Translations under genes and position numbers: made by a program
Shown here: one piece after another, positions 1 through 8,446 of the stretch
Numbering within the stretch: position 1 is the stretch's first letter
How the letters are laid out: the number at the start of each line of letters is the position of its first letter
DNA from: a virus
Lineage: Duplodnaviria; Heunggongvirae; Uroviricota; Caudoviricetes
Reading direction: 5' to 3' (one strand)
Virus record (IMG/VR): IMGVR_UViG_3300028025_000093
Location: 1-24,649 of that record
Length of the DNA stretch: 24,649 bases
The notes under the pieces: model-generated
What the model was told of the DNA's origin: nothing
Databases searched by the model: none
The model's input: only the letters and a program-made list of their open reading frames with translations

Positions 1-2
1 GT

Positions 3-200
3 AACACAAACACTAAAGACAACTCAAAGAACATTTCAATAATGGGAATCATTATTGGTGGTGAAGAACTTCACAATAATCATCATGCTGAACCAGCGAA
101 TCCTAAATTAAGCAGACGTTGGTTTGAGTTTGATATTGGTTGGATGTGGTTTAAGATACTAGAAAAATTAAAATTAGCAAGGGTTAAAAATGACAACTAA
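3..200 (+). CDS. Fatty-acid (delta-9 acyl-CoA type) desaturase, C-terminal fragment truncated by window start
   Basis: Manual translation from 3: ...GIIIGGEELHNNHHAEPANPKLSRRWFEFDIGWMWFKILEKLKLARV; third His box GEELHNNHH and W-x-E-F-D-I-G-W typical of bacterial DesA/Ole1-like desaturases. Confidence 0.9.
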   Translation, partial: NTNTKDNSKNISIMGIIIGGEELHNNHHAEPANPKLSRRWFEFDIGWMWFKILEKLKLARVKNDN

Positions 201-339
201 ACATTTCGAATGCGAGGAATGTGGAGCTAACGGCAAGATACTTTTAAAGGGTACTGATCATCAATTAGAAGATATTGTTTATTGCCCAGTTTGCTCTGCT
301 GACATTTATGAAGAAGAGGACTTAGACTTAGAAGACTAA
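190..339 (+). CDS. Small zinc-ribbon protein (49 aa) with acidic tail
   Basis: Not in ORF track; MTTKHFECEECGANGKILLKGTDHQLEDIVYCPVCSADIYEEEDLDLED; CxxC...CPxC; overlaps desaturase stop. Confidence 0.75.
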   Translation: MTTKHFECEECGANGKILLKGTDHQLEDIVYCPVCSADIYEEEDLDLED

Positions 340-342
340 ATA
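336..342 (+). promoter_or_regulatory. Candidate T4-like late promoter CTAAATA
   Basis: Variant of T4 TATAAATA; the same heptamer recurs at gene boundaries 2340, 20081, 21132. Confidence 0.45.
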
Positions 343-368
343 GATGTTTACATCTATGAATTTTTCTA

Positions 369-794
369 ATGTGGTTATACAATAACGAACAACTTAATGA
401 GTTACCAGAAGATTGCGTTGGATTTGTCTATCTAATAACAAATCTAACAAACGATCGTAAGTATATCGGTAAGAAACTTGCTAAGTTTTCAAGAACCAGT
501 ACCAAAACAGTTACACTTAAAAATGGTACTAAAAAGAAGAAAAAGATTCGCAGTAAAATTGATTCAGACTGGTTAGAATACTACGGATCAAGCATTGAAT
601 TAAATAAAGATATTGAAACTTTAGGCAGAGAAAACTTCTCCAGAGAAATTTTATATTTCTGTAAATCAAAAGCTGAGTGTTCTTACGTTGAAGCAAGAGA
701 ACAGTTTAGCCGTAGAGTTTTAGAATCAACTGAATATTATAATGGACAAATCTCAGTACGAGTACACGGATCACACATCATAGGTAAGGTATGA
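369..794 (+). CDS. GIY-YIG family endonuclease
   Basis: GFVYLITN...KYIGKK motif, YYGSS and downstream conserved Glu/Asn (YVEA...YYN). Confidence 0.85.
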   Translation: MWLYNNEQLNELPEDCVGFVYLITNLTNDRKYIGKKLAKFSRTSTKTVTLKNGTKKKKKIRSKIDSDWLEYYGSSIELNKDIETLGRENFSREILYFCKSKAECSYVEAREQFSRRVLESTEYYNGQISVRVHGSHIIGKV

Positions 795-1795
795 CGAAAA
801 TACTTTTTATAACAGCAATAGCATTATCAGCTTGTGCAGCTTATTACTCTGTAATGGGTTTACTGGCTATTTTCGCTGCAGCTGTTATTCCAATTTTTAT
901 TATGGGTACACTACTAGAAGCCGCAAAACTTGTAGTAGCTTCTTGGCTTTATCGTTCTTGGAAAGAAATTCCAATATTGATGAAGTCTTATTTTACTTCA
1001 GCATTAGTTATTTTGATGATACTAACTTCGATGGGTATCTTTGGTTATCTATCGAAAGCCCACTTGGACCAAGCAGTTCCAACAGGGGATGTTGCGTCAA
1101 AGGTATCAATACTTGATGAGAAAATAAAAACAGAAAAAGAAAACATAGATGTTGCAAGAAAACAAATCAAACAACTTGATGAACAAGTTGACCAAACGAT
1201 CGGAAGAAGTGCTGACTCGCAAGGAGTGGAGAGATCTCTACAGATTAGACGAGGACAGCAAAAGGAAAGAGCCACACTTCTTGCTGAAATTGGATCAGCT
1301 CAAACCAGAATCGCCAGATTAAATGAAGAGCGAGCACCAATTGCTGCTGACTTAAGAAAAGTTGAAGCTGAGGTTGGTCCGATTAAGTATATTGCTGCGT
1401 TAATCTACGATGATGCTGCTGGCGAAGATGTACTGGAAAAAGCAGTACGTTGGGTTATTATTATGATTGTGTTGGTATTTGACCCACTGGCTGTTTTATT
1501 ATTGGTGGCAGCAAACTGGCAAATGCGTAAAGATTCTGAGAATTTCGTGAAGTCTGAAGAAGTGCCTACCCCAGAACCACAACCAGAACCACAACAACCA
1601 GAGCCATTGCCAGAAGAAAGTAAGAGTATAATCTCTAACTTCTTTCGTAAGCCTAAAGAAGATACATCAACCCTAGAAGTCTTTGAACACGCCACAACTA
1701 AGAAAGTTATAAACTTAGAAAGTGAAGCTGTGGTGAACGATCAGATTCAAATAGAAATCACGCAAGAAAAACCACCTAGACTACCCCTAAGGTAA
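791..1795 (+). CDS. Membrane protein with coiled-coil domain, function unknown
   Basis: Three N-terminal hydrophobic helices, long coiled coil, C-terminal TM (IIMIVLVFDPLAVLLLVAA), Pro/Glu/Gln-rich tail. Confidence 0.75.
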   Translation: MTKILFITAIALSACAAYYSVMGLLAIFAAAVIPIFIMGTLLEAAKLVVASWLYRSWKEIPILMKSYFTSALVILMILTSMGIFGYLSKAHLDQAVPTGDVASKVSILDEKIKTEKENIDVARKQIKQLDEQVDQTIGRSADSQGVERSLQIRRGQQKERATLLAEIGSAQTRIARLNEERAPIAADLRKVEAEVGPIKYIAALIYDDAAGEDVLEKAVRWVIIMIVLVFDPLAVLLLVAANWQMRKDSENFVKSEEVPTPEPQPEPQQPEPLPEESKSIISNFFRKPKEDTSTLEVFEHATTKKVINLESEAVVNDQIQIEITQEKPPRLPLR

Positions 1796-2337
1796 TGCAA
1801 GTTTTTGATAATATATACAGTGAAGAAGAAACCAAGGATATAGAAAATACGTTTTTATCTATACCTTGGTTTTTGTCATCTGCTGAAAACCACGCCAGTG
1901 TAACTGCAAACGTCAGACAAAAATACTCAGACGCCAACACAATAGAAGGTATTCAATTAACCAACTTTCTATTCATAGATAAACCAAATTCTCCATTTTA
2001 CTCACATGCTGAAAAGATCTTAGAGAAATTCTCCACTAGAACAAGAACATCTATTAGAAAACTAATTAGAATAAAGGCTAATCTACAACTACCCGAACTT
2101 AGAAAAGATACCCAGTATAATACACCACATGTAGACAGCTATTCTCAACATATGGTAGCTATTTACTATGTTAATGACTCGGACGGATCTACGTTCTTTT
2201 TTGATAAAAATATGAAGGTAGTTGAAAAAGTCGAATCTAAACGAGGTAGAATGATAGTATTTCCAGGGAATACCTATCACGCTGGGCAACCTCCCACAAA
2301 AAATGCAAGAATAATTATCAATTTCAACTTCATTTAA
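1795..2337 (+). CDS. 2OG-Fe(II) oxygenase superfamily protein
   Basis: PHVD...AIYYVNDSDG...FPGNTYHAG...RIIINFN: HxD...H triad plus 2OG-binding Arg. Confidence 0.85.
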   Translation: MQVFDNIYSEEETKDIENTFLSIPWFLSSAENHASVTANVRQKYSDANTIEGIQLTNFLFIDKPNSPFYSHAEKILEKFSTRTRTSIRKLIRIKANLQLPELRKDTQYNTPHVDSYSQHMVAIYYVNDSDGSTFFFDKNMKVVEKVESKRGRMIVFPGNTYHAGQPPTKNARIIINFNFI

Positions 2338-2339
2338 GC

Positions 2340-2346
2340 CTAAATA
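2340..2346 (+). promoter_or_regulatory. Candidate late promoter CTAAATA
   Basis: Intergenic, 50 nt upstream of the secreted-protein module. Confidence 0.5.
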
Positions 2347-2395
2347 ATTATAACGGGACACTTTATATGTCTCGCAATAACAACTAGGAAATAAA

Positions 2396-2869
2396 ATGAT
2401 TAAAAAGATCGCTACAGCGGTGCTTTTTGTCATGACTACATCTATTGCAATGGCACAACCAATTGTAACTGATTCGACAAGTAGATCTACAACAGATTCA
2501 ACTTCAAATAGCACAACAACAGTAAAATCTCCTCCACCAACAGCAGTTGCTCCTGCAGTCACAATTATCAACAGTGATGTTTGCGCAGTTGCCATGTCAG
2601 GTGCAGCTCAAACACAAATTCTTGGTATCTCTTTTGGTGCAACAGTTACAGATAAAAACTGCGAGCGATTAAAGCTAGCACGTTCAGTCTATGATATGGG
2701 CATGAAAGTTGCTGCAGTTTCTATCATGTGTCAAGACGAGCGTGTATTTACAGCAATGTCAAATGCAGGTACACCTTGCCCAGTAGACGGCAAAATCGGT
2801 GAGCAAGCAAAAGCAATCTGGGAAGCTGAACCACAACGTCAACCACAAAAAGTCAAGAGTAAAGACTAA
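2396..2869 (+). CDS. Secreted protein with signal peptide, Ser/Thr-rich linker and 4-Cys domain
   Basis: MIKKIATAVLFVMTTSIAMA signal; four Cys in the C-terminal domain; RBS AGGA. Confidence 0.8.
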   Translation: MIKKIATAVLFVMTTSIAMAQPIVTDSTSRSTTDSTSNSTTTVKSPPPTAVAPAVTIINSDVCAVAMSGAAQTQILGISFGATVTDKNCERLKLARSVYDMGMKVAAVSIMCQDERVFTAMSNAGTPCPVDGKIGEQAKAIWEAEPQRQPQKVKSKD

Positions 2870-4977
2870 TGAAGTTGTTGTGGAGTTTATTGCTTGGTGT
2901 TACACTGAGTGTTTCAGTGGCACACGCACAAATACAAATTCCAGGAACAGACTTCACTTTGTCGCCAGTTAATGGTGGAACAGGTGGTTTAGTATCAGTG
3001 CCAATTCCAGGTGGTTCTGGATTGTCAGTAACAGTTGGTACTGGCTCAGCTGCATTACCACTTCAGGAAATTAAGAATAATCCAAATGCAGTAAATATTA
3101 CAACATGGGATGATTCTTATAATAACGTACCATTGGGTTTTGACTTTCCGTTTTACGGCAGAGTATTCAATAACTCTTGGGCAATGACCAATGGTTTAGT
3201 AACATTTGTAGATCCCAATCAGTCTGGACTTGGTGGTGCTTGCTGTGAAGGTGTAGATTTACGCACAACAAGAGATTCAAGATATAACTATACCATTTAT
3301 GGTATGCATACTGATTTATATTCTTGGAATGGACAAAATCAATATTATCTCCGTGGCACAAACGAGATGACTTATGGTTGGTATGGAATTAGCCAATGCT
3401 GTGGTTCACAAGGTGGTAATAGTTTTGAAATTAAAATTAACTCTTCTGGATTAGTTGATACACGTATTGCTGGCGCAATGATATCTGGCAATAGAGTAAC
3501 ATCTGGTATGGCAGGGGACTTATCAAAAGGTGAATTCTTTCAAGCATATCATGGAAGTGGTATAAACATAGCTCCAGGTAGTTCTAACATTTTTAGCTGG
3601 CAAGCATTGGGTGGAACTGGTGCTGTTGACATGTGTACCATCAATCCACTATCGTCACCATCATGCCCTGGATATCAAGCAGCGTACACAATTCAACAGT
3701 GTACCATAAGTGCGTTGTACGATCCGACATGTCCTGGATATCAATCTGCATATCAAACTCAACAATGTTCTGCTAATCCACTATTTTCTAGTGCATGTCC
3801 TGGATATCAATCCGCATATCTAGAACAGCAGTGCTCATTGAATCCACTGTATTCAACAACCTGTTCTGGATATGCTCAAGCATATGAAAATCAACAGTGT
3901 TCATTAAATTCGTTATATTCTACTAACTGTCCAGGATATGCTGCAGCTTACCTTGATCAACAGTGTAGTATTAATCCTCTGTACTCAACAACTTGTCGTG
4001 GATATGCTGCTGCGTATCACGACCAGCAGTGCTCATTAAATCCATTATACTCGACAACGTGCAGTGGTTACGCTGCAGCTTATAAAGCACAACAGTGTAC
4101 GATAAGTGCATTGTATGCAACAGACTGTCCAGGATATGCGCAAGCATACTTTAGTCAACAATGTTCGTTGGATGGATTATACGATAGAACATGCCCAAAC
4201 TATTCAACTGCTTATGCAACTAAGATGGTGCTTGAACAACAAGGCACAGCATCAATAGTAGCAACTGCAGGTACAGTGGCACGAAACGATCCTGCCAATC
4301 AACCTGTTTCTACAACAACTGCTTCAACCACAGTTGGTTCAGATGGTGCGGTTGCTGTTGGTGTTTCAAAAACAGGTGATAGTAATGTGGATAAAGCAAT
4401 TGCTCCTCCAGCACCATCAGCAAACTCATCAACTGCTCCTGCTGGCGCAGTTCAGTTAGCACCACCTCCACCTCCACCACAACAGATGGCTCAAAACGAA
4501 CCAAAGGGTGGCGGTGATAGACCTGAACCAAGAGATGGTAATAAACAAGAGGATAAAAAAGATGATGCTCCGAAAGGCACTGGAGGCAGTTCTCCGTCAC
4601 AGAATACTAATACTACTCAAGCGTCATCTGATAAACCAGCAGCACCAACTGCTCGACAAGAGATTCAAGCAAAGCGACAAGAAGCTGCGCGAGCCAAAGC
4701 AGTCGAATCTGGAAAACAACTAGCAAATGAAATGGGTAAAGCAGCAGACATGGAATCTCAAAAGCAAGTACAGAATGTAGTTATACAAGCAATGGGATTT
4801 ACTCCAGGATTTGATGCGTATGGCAAAACAGTTATTCCAGATACTGTTGGTTATAAACCATATACAGTTTATAACAATCAAAAGAATATCGACAATCGTG
4901 CCAATTTAAGAATGTGGACTGGTACGGATAAGTTACATAATGATATGGTTGATTCACAATACAATAGGGAGAAGTGA
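2869..4977 (+). CDS. Large secreted protein: nidogen(NIDO)-like beta domain, 9 Cys-rich 22-aa repeats, low-complexity linker, helical C-terminus
   Basis: Signal peptide ending AHA; DD...VPLGFDFPFYG...TNGLVTF resembles NIDO-like N-termini; tandem repeats. Confidence 0.8.
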   Translation: MKLLWSLLLGVTLSVSVAHAQIQIPGTDFTLSPVNGGTGGLVSVPIPGGSGLSVTVGTGSAALPLQEIKNNPNAVNITTWDDSYNNVPLGFDFPFYGRVFNNSWAMTNGLVTFVDPNQSGLGGACCEGVDLRTTRDSRYNYTIYGMHTDLYSWNGQNQYYLRGTNEMTYGWYGISQCCGSQGGNSFEIKINSSGLVDTRIAGAMISGNRVTSGMAGDLSKGEFFQAYHGSGINIAPGSSNIFSWQALGGTGAVDMCTINPLSSPSCPGYQAAYTIQQCTISALYDPTCPGYQSAYQTQQCSANPLFSSACPGYQSAYLEQQCSLNPLYSTTCSGYAQAYENQQCSLNSLYSTNCPGYAAAYLDQQCSINPLYSTTCRGYAAAYHDQQCSLNPLYSTTCSGYAAAYKAQQCTISALYATDCPGYAQAYFSQQCSLDGLYDRTCPNYSTAYATKMVLEQQGTASIVATAGTVARNDPANQPVSTTTASTTVGSDGAVAVGVSKTGDSNVDKAIAPPAPSANSSTAPAGAVQLAPPPPPPQQMAQNEPKGGGDRPEPRDGNKQEDKKDDAPKGTGGSSPSQNTNTTQASSDKPAAPTARQEIQAKRQEAARAKAVESGKQLANEMGKAADMESQKQVQNVVIQAMGFTPGFDAYGKTVIPDTVGYKPYTVYNNQKNIDNRANLRMWTGTDKLHNDMVDSQYNREK
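3631..4224 (+). repeat. 9 tandem 66-bp / 22-aa repeats, consensus QCSxNPLYSxxCPGYAxAYxxQ
   Basis: Read directly from the translation; two invariant Cys per unit (C-x9-C), DNA diverged at synonymous sites. Confidence 0.95.
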
Positions 4978-4978
4978 G

Positions 4979-5140
4979 ATGGCAGTTATTGTTGCTCCGA
5001 TATGTAAAGTTCCCAACTGTAAGAATGATGCGCAAATATCATCTAAACAAGGTGATCAAGTTCGTTATATGCATACATGTTCAAGACACTGGATTGAGTT
5101 AATTCCAACAGAAATACAACTATTATTAAAAGGGATTTAA
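4979..5140 (+). CDS. Small putative Zn-binding protein (C-x4-C...C-x2-H)
   Basis: MAVIVAPICKVPNCKND...HTCSRHW; ATG 4979 directly after the upstream stop with GGGAG RBS. Confidence 0.6.
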   Translation: MAVIVAPICKVPNCKNDAQISSKQGDQVRYMHTCSRHWIELIPTEIQLLLKGI

Positions 5141-5141
5141 G

Positions 5142-5642
5142 ATGGCAGAAGAAATCAAAGACGTCAATAAAAAGATTGACGAAGCAGAAGCAGCAGTAAA
5201 GAAATATGCAAGCAAGGATACAGTTATTAGTATTGGTGGGTATGAATTTACACCTGCAAAACTAATGGTAGCTGCAACATTAGTCTCATCTATCCTTGGT
5301 GGACTTTATGGTACTTTTGAAGTTTATAAAGACTATCAAGGTATGAAGAAAAAGATCGCTGAGTATGTGTCACCAGATTTGGCAGAAGTTTATAAAAAGT
5401 TAGATGTTATTCAAGTAGAGTCTAGCAAAACTGCAGATTATACACGTGATATTAAAAACGATCTTAAGAATGACATCCGTCGTTTAGAAGGTGTTGTTGA
5501 ACAAGTAGAGCGTTCAGCTAAGCAGTCTGCACGTGAAGCAAGCGATTCGCAAAAAGAACAAGAGCGTGAACTACGTCAAGTACGCAAAGAAATTGATAGT
5601 AAGATCCAAAAAGCGTTAGACAATCCGCTAGCGAACAAATAA
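5142..5642 (+). CDS. Single-TM coiled-coil protein
   Basis: TM segment LMVAATLVSSILGGLYG followed by long coiled coil. Confidence 0.8.
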   Translation: MAEEIKDVNKKIDEAEAAVKKYASKDTVISIGGYEFTPAKLMVAATLVSSILGGLYGTFEVYKDYQGMKKKIAEYVSPDLAEVYKKLDVIQVESSKTADYTRDIKNDLKNDIRRLEGVVEQVERSAKQSAREASDSQKEQERELRQVRKEIDSKIQKALDNPLANK

Positions 5643-5652
5643 AACCTTTCTA

Positions 5653-5665
5653 AATCAATGACTTA
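5653..5665 (+). promoter_or_regulatory. IHF-type binding site
   Basis: AATCAATGACTTA matches WATCAANNNNTTR exactly; 40 nt upstream of a promoter -35. Confidence 0.55.
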
Positions 5666-5667
5666 CG

Positions 5668-5693
5668 AAAGCCCTACTGCAAGTAGGGTTTTT
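5668..5693 (+). terminator. Hairpin plus T-run (terminator and/or palindromic operator)
   Basis: GCCCTACT-GCA-AGTAGGGT followed by TTTT, downstream of ORF 5142..5642. Confidence 0.6.
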
Positions 5694-5704
5694 CAACATT
5701 TCGC

Positions 5705-5733
5705 TTTACTTTTATTTGACTTTAGCGTATAAT
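5705..5733 (+). promoter_or_regulatory. Sigma70-type early promoter
   Basis: TTTACT-17 bp-TATAAT, followed by RBS AAGGAG and ATG 5763. Confidence 0.85.
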
Positions 5734-5762
5734 AACTGTGTTAGGGTTGAAAAGGAGATATT

Positions 5763-5927
5763 ATGTTTAAGGTGACTACCCCTGAAGGTGACGTTGAATA
5801 CTTTGAGACTTTTGCTGAAATCGCTACTTATTTCGGTGACTGCTGTTGGGCTGTCGGTGCTGATGAAGCTGAGATTACTGTGACTATGGTTGATCGTTTA
5901 GATTATGAAAGTGGGTTATGTTTATGA
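5763..5927 (+). CDS. Small acidic hypothetical early protein (54 aa)
   Basis: Not in ORF track; strong RBS AAAGGAG; MFKVTTPEGDVEYFETFAEIATYFGDCCWAVGADEAEITVTMVDRLDYESGLCL. Confidence 0.75.
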   Translation: MFKVTTPEGDVEYFETFAEIATYFGDCCWAVGADEAEITVTMVDRLDYESGLCL

Positions 5928-6076
5928 TACGTTTTATGTTTGGTTTATTGCTTTGTTTTGGTGCTGTTGGTGGTCTTGATACCGACCCAGATGCACCAGT
6001 ATTGGTATTGACTTTGATTGCCATAATTGGCTTGGGGTTGATGCATTCTGGTGTTCACGCTATTGGGAGAAAATAA
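5924..6076 (+). CDS. Small two-helix membrane protein (50 aa)
   Basis: Not in ORF track; ATGA overlap upstream, TAATG overlap downstream; MIRFMFGLLLCFGAVGGLDTDPDAPVLVLTLIAIIGLGLMHSGVHAIGRK. Confidence 0.75.
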   Translation: MIRFMFGLLLCFGAVGGLDTDPDAPVLVLTLIAIIGLGLMHSGVHAIGRK

Positions 6077-6288
6077 TGAGTAAGATGGCAGAGTTGGCAT
6101 TGGATATTGAAGAGTTGTTGGCAGAAGGTATGTCACCAAAGTTTATTGCAGTGACACTGAATGTTCCACTTGAAATGATTTATGACACCATCGAACAAAT
6201 TCAGTGTTTGGAATTGGAAAAGCAGTATGAAATGTTGTCGTATGTCGATGAGATGGCAAATGATGACGCACAATATTATGGAGCTTGA
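6076..6288 (+). CDS. Hypothetical protein, possible HTH
   Basis: GGAG RBS; LLAEGMSPKFIAVTLNVPLEMIY resembles an HTH segment. Confidence 0.65.
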   Translation: MSKMAELALDIEELLAEGMSPKFIAVTLNVPLEMIYDTIEQIQCLELEKQYEMLSYVDEMANDDAQYYGA

Positions 6289-6289
6289 T

Positions 6290-6529
6290 ATGATTACTAA
6301 TTACAAAGAAGCACAATTGGCAACTGAACAATATGATAAATCTCATGGATCGTTTTTCGATCGTGGTTCAGCTGATAGCTACTATGGTCGTCCACGTGAT
6401 CCACATCGTGGTGGTGTTGGTGGTATGTCTGGTGAAAGAATCGATGCATGGCGTGAAGCAGACTTGCAAGCGTACCATGCTGGATATGATTATAACGAAC
6501 AATTTGGTGATAAGAAAAGCTGGGATTGA
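6290..6529 (+). CDS. Conserved phage hypothetical protein
   Basis: ATG 6290 after GGAG; HGSFFDRGSADSYYGR...AYHAGY motif. Confidence 0.7.
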   Translation: MITNYKEAQLATEQYDKSHGSFFDRGSADSYYGRPRDPHRGGVGGMSGERIDAWREADLQAYHAGYDYNEQFGDKKSWD

Positions 6530-6530
6530 T

Positions 6531-7034
6531 ATGGCACAAAGATTTATCGAAAATGTGAGTAAGAGCGATGTGTTTAATGGACACCACTATGATGTTGGTC
6601 CAAACGCAATGCTTATCCGCATTCAGGATCCAGCCACAGAGTTCGGTAAAATCAAGTATCCCTTCAAAGAGGTTTATGAGTTTGAATTCTTAGATGCTGA
6701 GGATGAAGACGGATTTGAAGATGAGTGCAAGATTCAAGATGAGCAAGCTGTAGAGATCGTTCGTTTGCTACAACGTGCCAAAGACAATGCAATGAACGTA
6801 GTGGTTCACTGCCACGCTGGTATCTGTCGTAGTGGTGCTGTGGTTGAAGTTGCAACGATGATGGGGTTTACTCCATCTGATCGTTATCGTCAACCTAATT
6901 TACGAGTCAAGCACAAGATGATGAAAGTCTTGGGTTGGACTTATGATGAAAATGAGAAAACCAGTTCCAGTGGTGGATGGGTTTCAGATGGTGGCATTAT
7001 GTTACCGTTCAGTGGTTACAATGAGGAAAATTGA
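6531..7034 (+). CDS. Cys-dependent (CX5R) protein tyrosine/dual-specificity phosphatase-like
   Basis: VVHCHAGICRSGAV P-loop; start reset to ATG 6531. Confidence 0.85.
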   Translation: MAQRFIENVSKSDVFNGHHYDVGPNAMLIRIQDPATEFGKIKYPFKEVYEFEFLDAEDEDGFEDECKIQDEQAVEIVRLLQRAKDNAMNVVVHCHAGICRSGAVVEVATMMGFTPSDRYRQPNLRVKHKMMKVLGWTYDENEKTSSSGGWVSDGGIMLPFSGYNEEN

Positions 7035-7036
7035 AT

Positions 7037-7387
7037 ATGAGTTTATATAATATGTTGTTTGGTGAGGGTGATTCAACTGATTTTCTTTTGAAGTTGCTTG
7101 ATGCAGAGCGTGATGACTTTGGTCGTTTCCGCTCTACCTATGTGACTGAAGAATACATTGTTGTTCACACTCGTTGTGGTGGTGGTAATCGTGAAGACTA
7201 TTTCCCTGATTGGGTTGAAGATCATCCGTTGTACTCGCATGATGCAGATGACGACTTTGATTGCACTTATGCGGATATCTACTTTAAACATCCAGTTGGA
7301 TATGAAGAAGTTCTAAAGGAAATGGCTGAGGGTACTATCACTCCAGCTGAAAAGTGGAAATTGTTATTTGAATCGTTGGAGAAATAA
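7037..7387 (+). CDS. Conserved acidic phage hypothetical protein
   Basis: VHTRCGGGNREDY...DDDFDCTYADIYF; RBS GAGG. Confidence 0.7.
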   Translation: MSLYNMLFGEGDSTDFLLKLLDAERDDFGRFRSTYVTEEYIVVHTRCGGGNREDYFPDWVEDHPLYSHDADDDFDCTYADIYFKHPVGYEEVLKEMAEGTITPAEKWKLLFESLEK

Positions 7388-7388
7388 A

Positions 7389-8396
7389 ATGCGTAAATTG
7401 GCTACTATTCGTAAGATTGATGCACTGACACCTATCGAGGGTGCAGATGCGATCGAGTGTGCCACTGTTGGTGGTTGGAAAGTTGTTGCACAGAAAGGTC
7501 TCTACAAAGAAGGAGATCTTGCTGTGTACTTTGAAATCGATTCTTGGATTCCATTTGAGTTGGCACCATTCCTGTGTAAAGGTAAAGAGCCACGTGAGTT
7601 CGAAGGCATCAAAGGTGAGCGTCTGCGCACTATCAAGTTGCGTGGTCAGATCTCTCAAGGTTTGCTGATGCCACTGGCTGAAGCATGCAAGAATATTGAT
7701 TCTGAATTGTTTGAAGGTTTGGATGTTTCGTTTCCACTGAATATTGTTAAGTGGGAGAAACCTATCAATGCTCAGCTTGCTGGCGTTTGCAAAGGCAACT
7801 TCCCTACGCAAATCCCCAAGACTGATCAAGAACGATGCCAGAACTTAAAGAAAGAGATTGCTGCAGCACGTGATTTTGTATTTGAAGTTACTGAAAAACT
7901 TGAAGGTTCTTCAATGACTGTGTACCAGATCAAAGGTGAGTTTGGTGTATGTTCACGTAACATGGATCTAAAAGAAACCGAAGGTAACTCTTTCTGGGCT
8001 ACTGCTCGCAAGGATGGTATTCAAGAAAAGATGATGGTTGTTGATGAGTTCTGGGATTTTGCTATCCAAGGCGAATTGATTGGTCCAGGAATTCAAGGTA
8101 ACATCTACGGTTTGAAAGAACCAGAATTCCGTGTCTTTGATGTGTATAACATTCAAGCAGGTGAGTACTTGAAGCCAGATGCTCGTCGTGCTCTAATCGA
8201 ACGTATGGGGTTAAAGCACACTCCAATACTGGATGATATGTTTGTTTTGAATGATGGAATTGAAGAACTACTAACTCTTGCTGAGGGTAAGTCTAGGATT
8301 GCTGATGTTGAACGTGAAGGTATCGTGTTTAAACAAACCGAAGGTGGAATGTCATTCAAATCTATTTCGAATAAATATTTGCTTGGCGAAAAATAA
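7389..8396 (+). CDS. ATP-dependent RNA ligase, DRB0094/Rnl2-like family with N-terminal OB domain
   Basis: MRKLATIRKI..PIEGADAIE N-terminus; motifs I TEKLEGSS, III QGELIG, IIIa FRVFDV, IV REGIVFK, V SFKSISNKYL. Confidence 0.9.
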   Translation: MRKLATIRKIDALTPIEGADAIECATVGGWKVVAQKGLYKEGDLAVYFEIDSWIPFELAPFLCKGKEPREFEGIKGERLRTIKLRGQISQGLLMPLAEACKNIDSELFEGLDVSFPLNIVKWEKPINAQLAGVCKGNFPTQIPKTDQERCQNLKKEIAAARDFVFEVTEKLEGSSMTVYQIKGEFGVCSRNMDLKETEGNSFWATARKDGIQEKMMVVDEFWDFAIQGELIGPGIQGNIYGLKEPEFRVFDVYNIQAGEYLKPDARRALIERMGLKHTPILDDMFVLNDGIEELLTLAEGKSRIADVEREGIVFKQTEGGMSFKSISNKYLLGEK

Positions 8397-8417
8397 CTTG
8401 CAAAGCAATATTACTAT

Positions 8418-8446
8418 TTTACTTTAAATTAAAAACAATGTATAAT
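8418..8446 (+). promoter_or_regulatory. Sigma70-type early promoter
   Basis: TTTACT-17 bp-TATAAT. Confidence 0.8.

Noticed and set aside
190-339. LysW amino-group carrier protein
   Set aside because: Similar size and zinc ribbon, but it lacks the C-terminal EDWGE
369-794. Intron-encoded homing endonuclease
   Set aside because: No interrupted host gene or intron structure is visible; it appears free-standing
3631-4224. 66-bp periodic repeat as a CRISPR array
   Set aside because: In-frame protein repeat with synonymous divergence; no identical repeats with unique spacers and no cas genes
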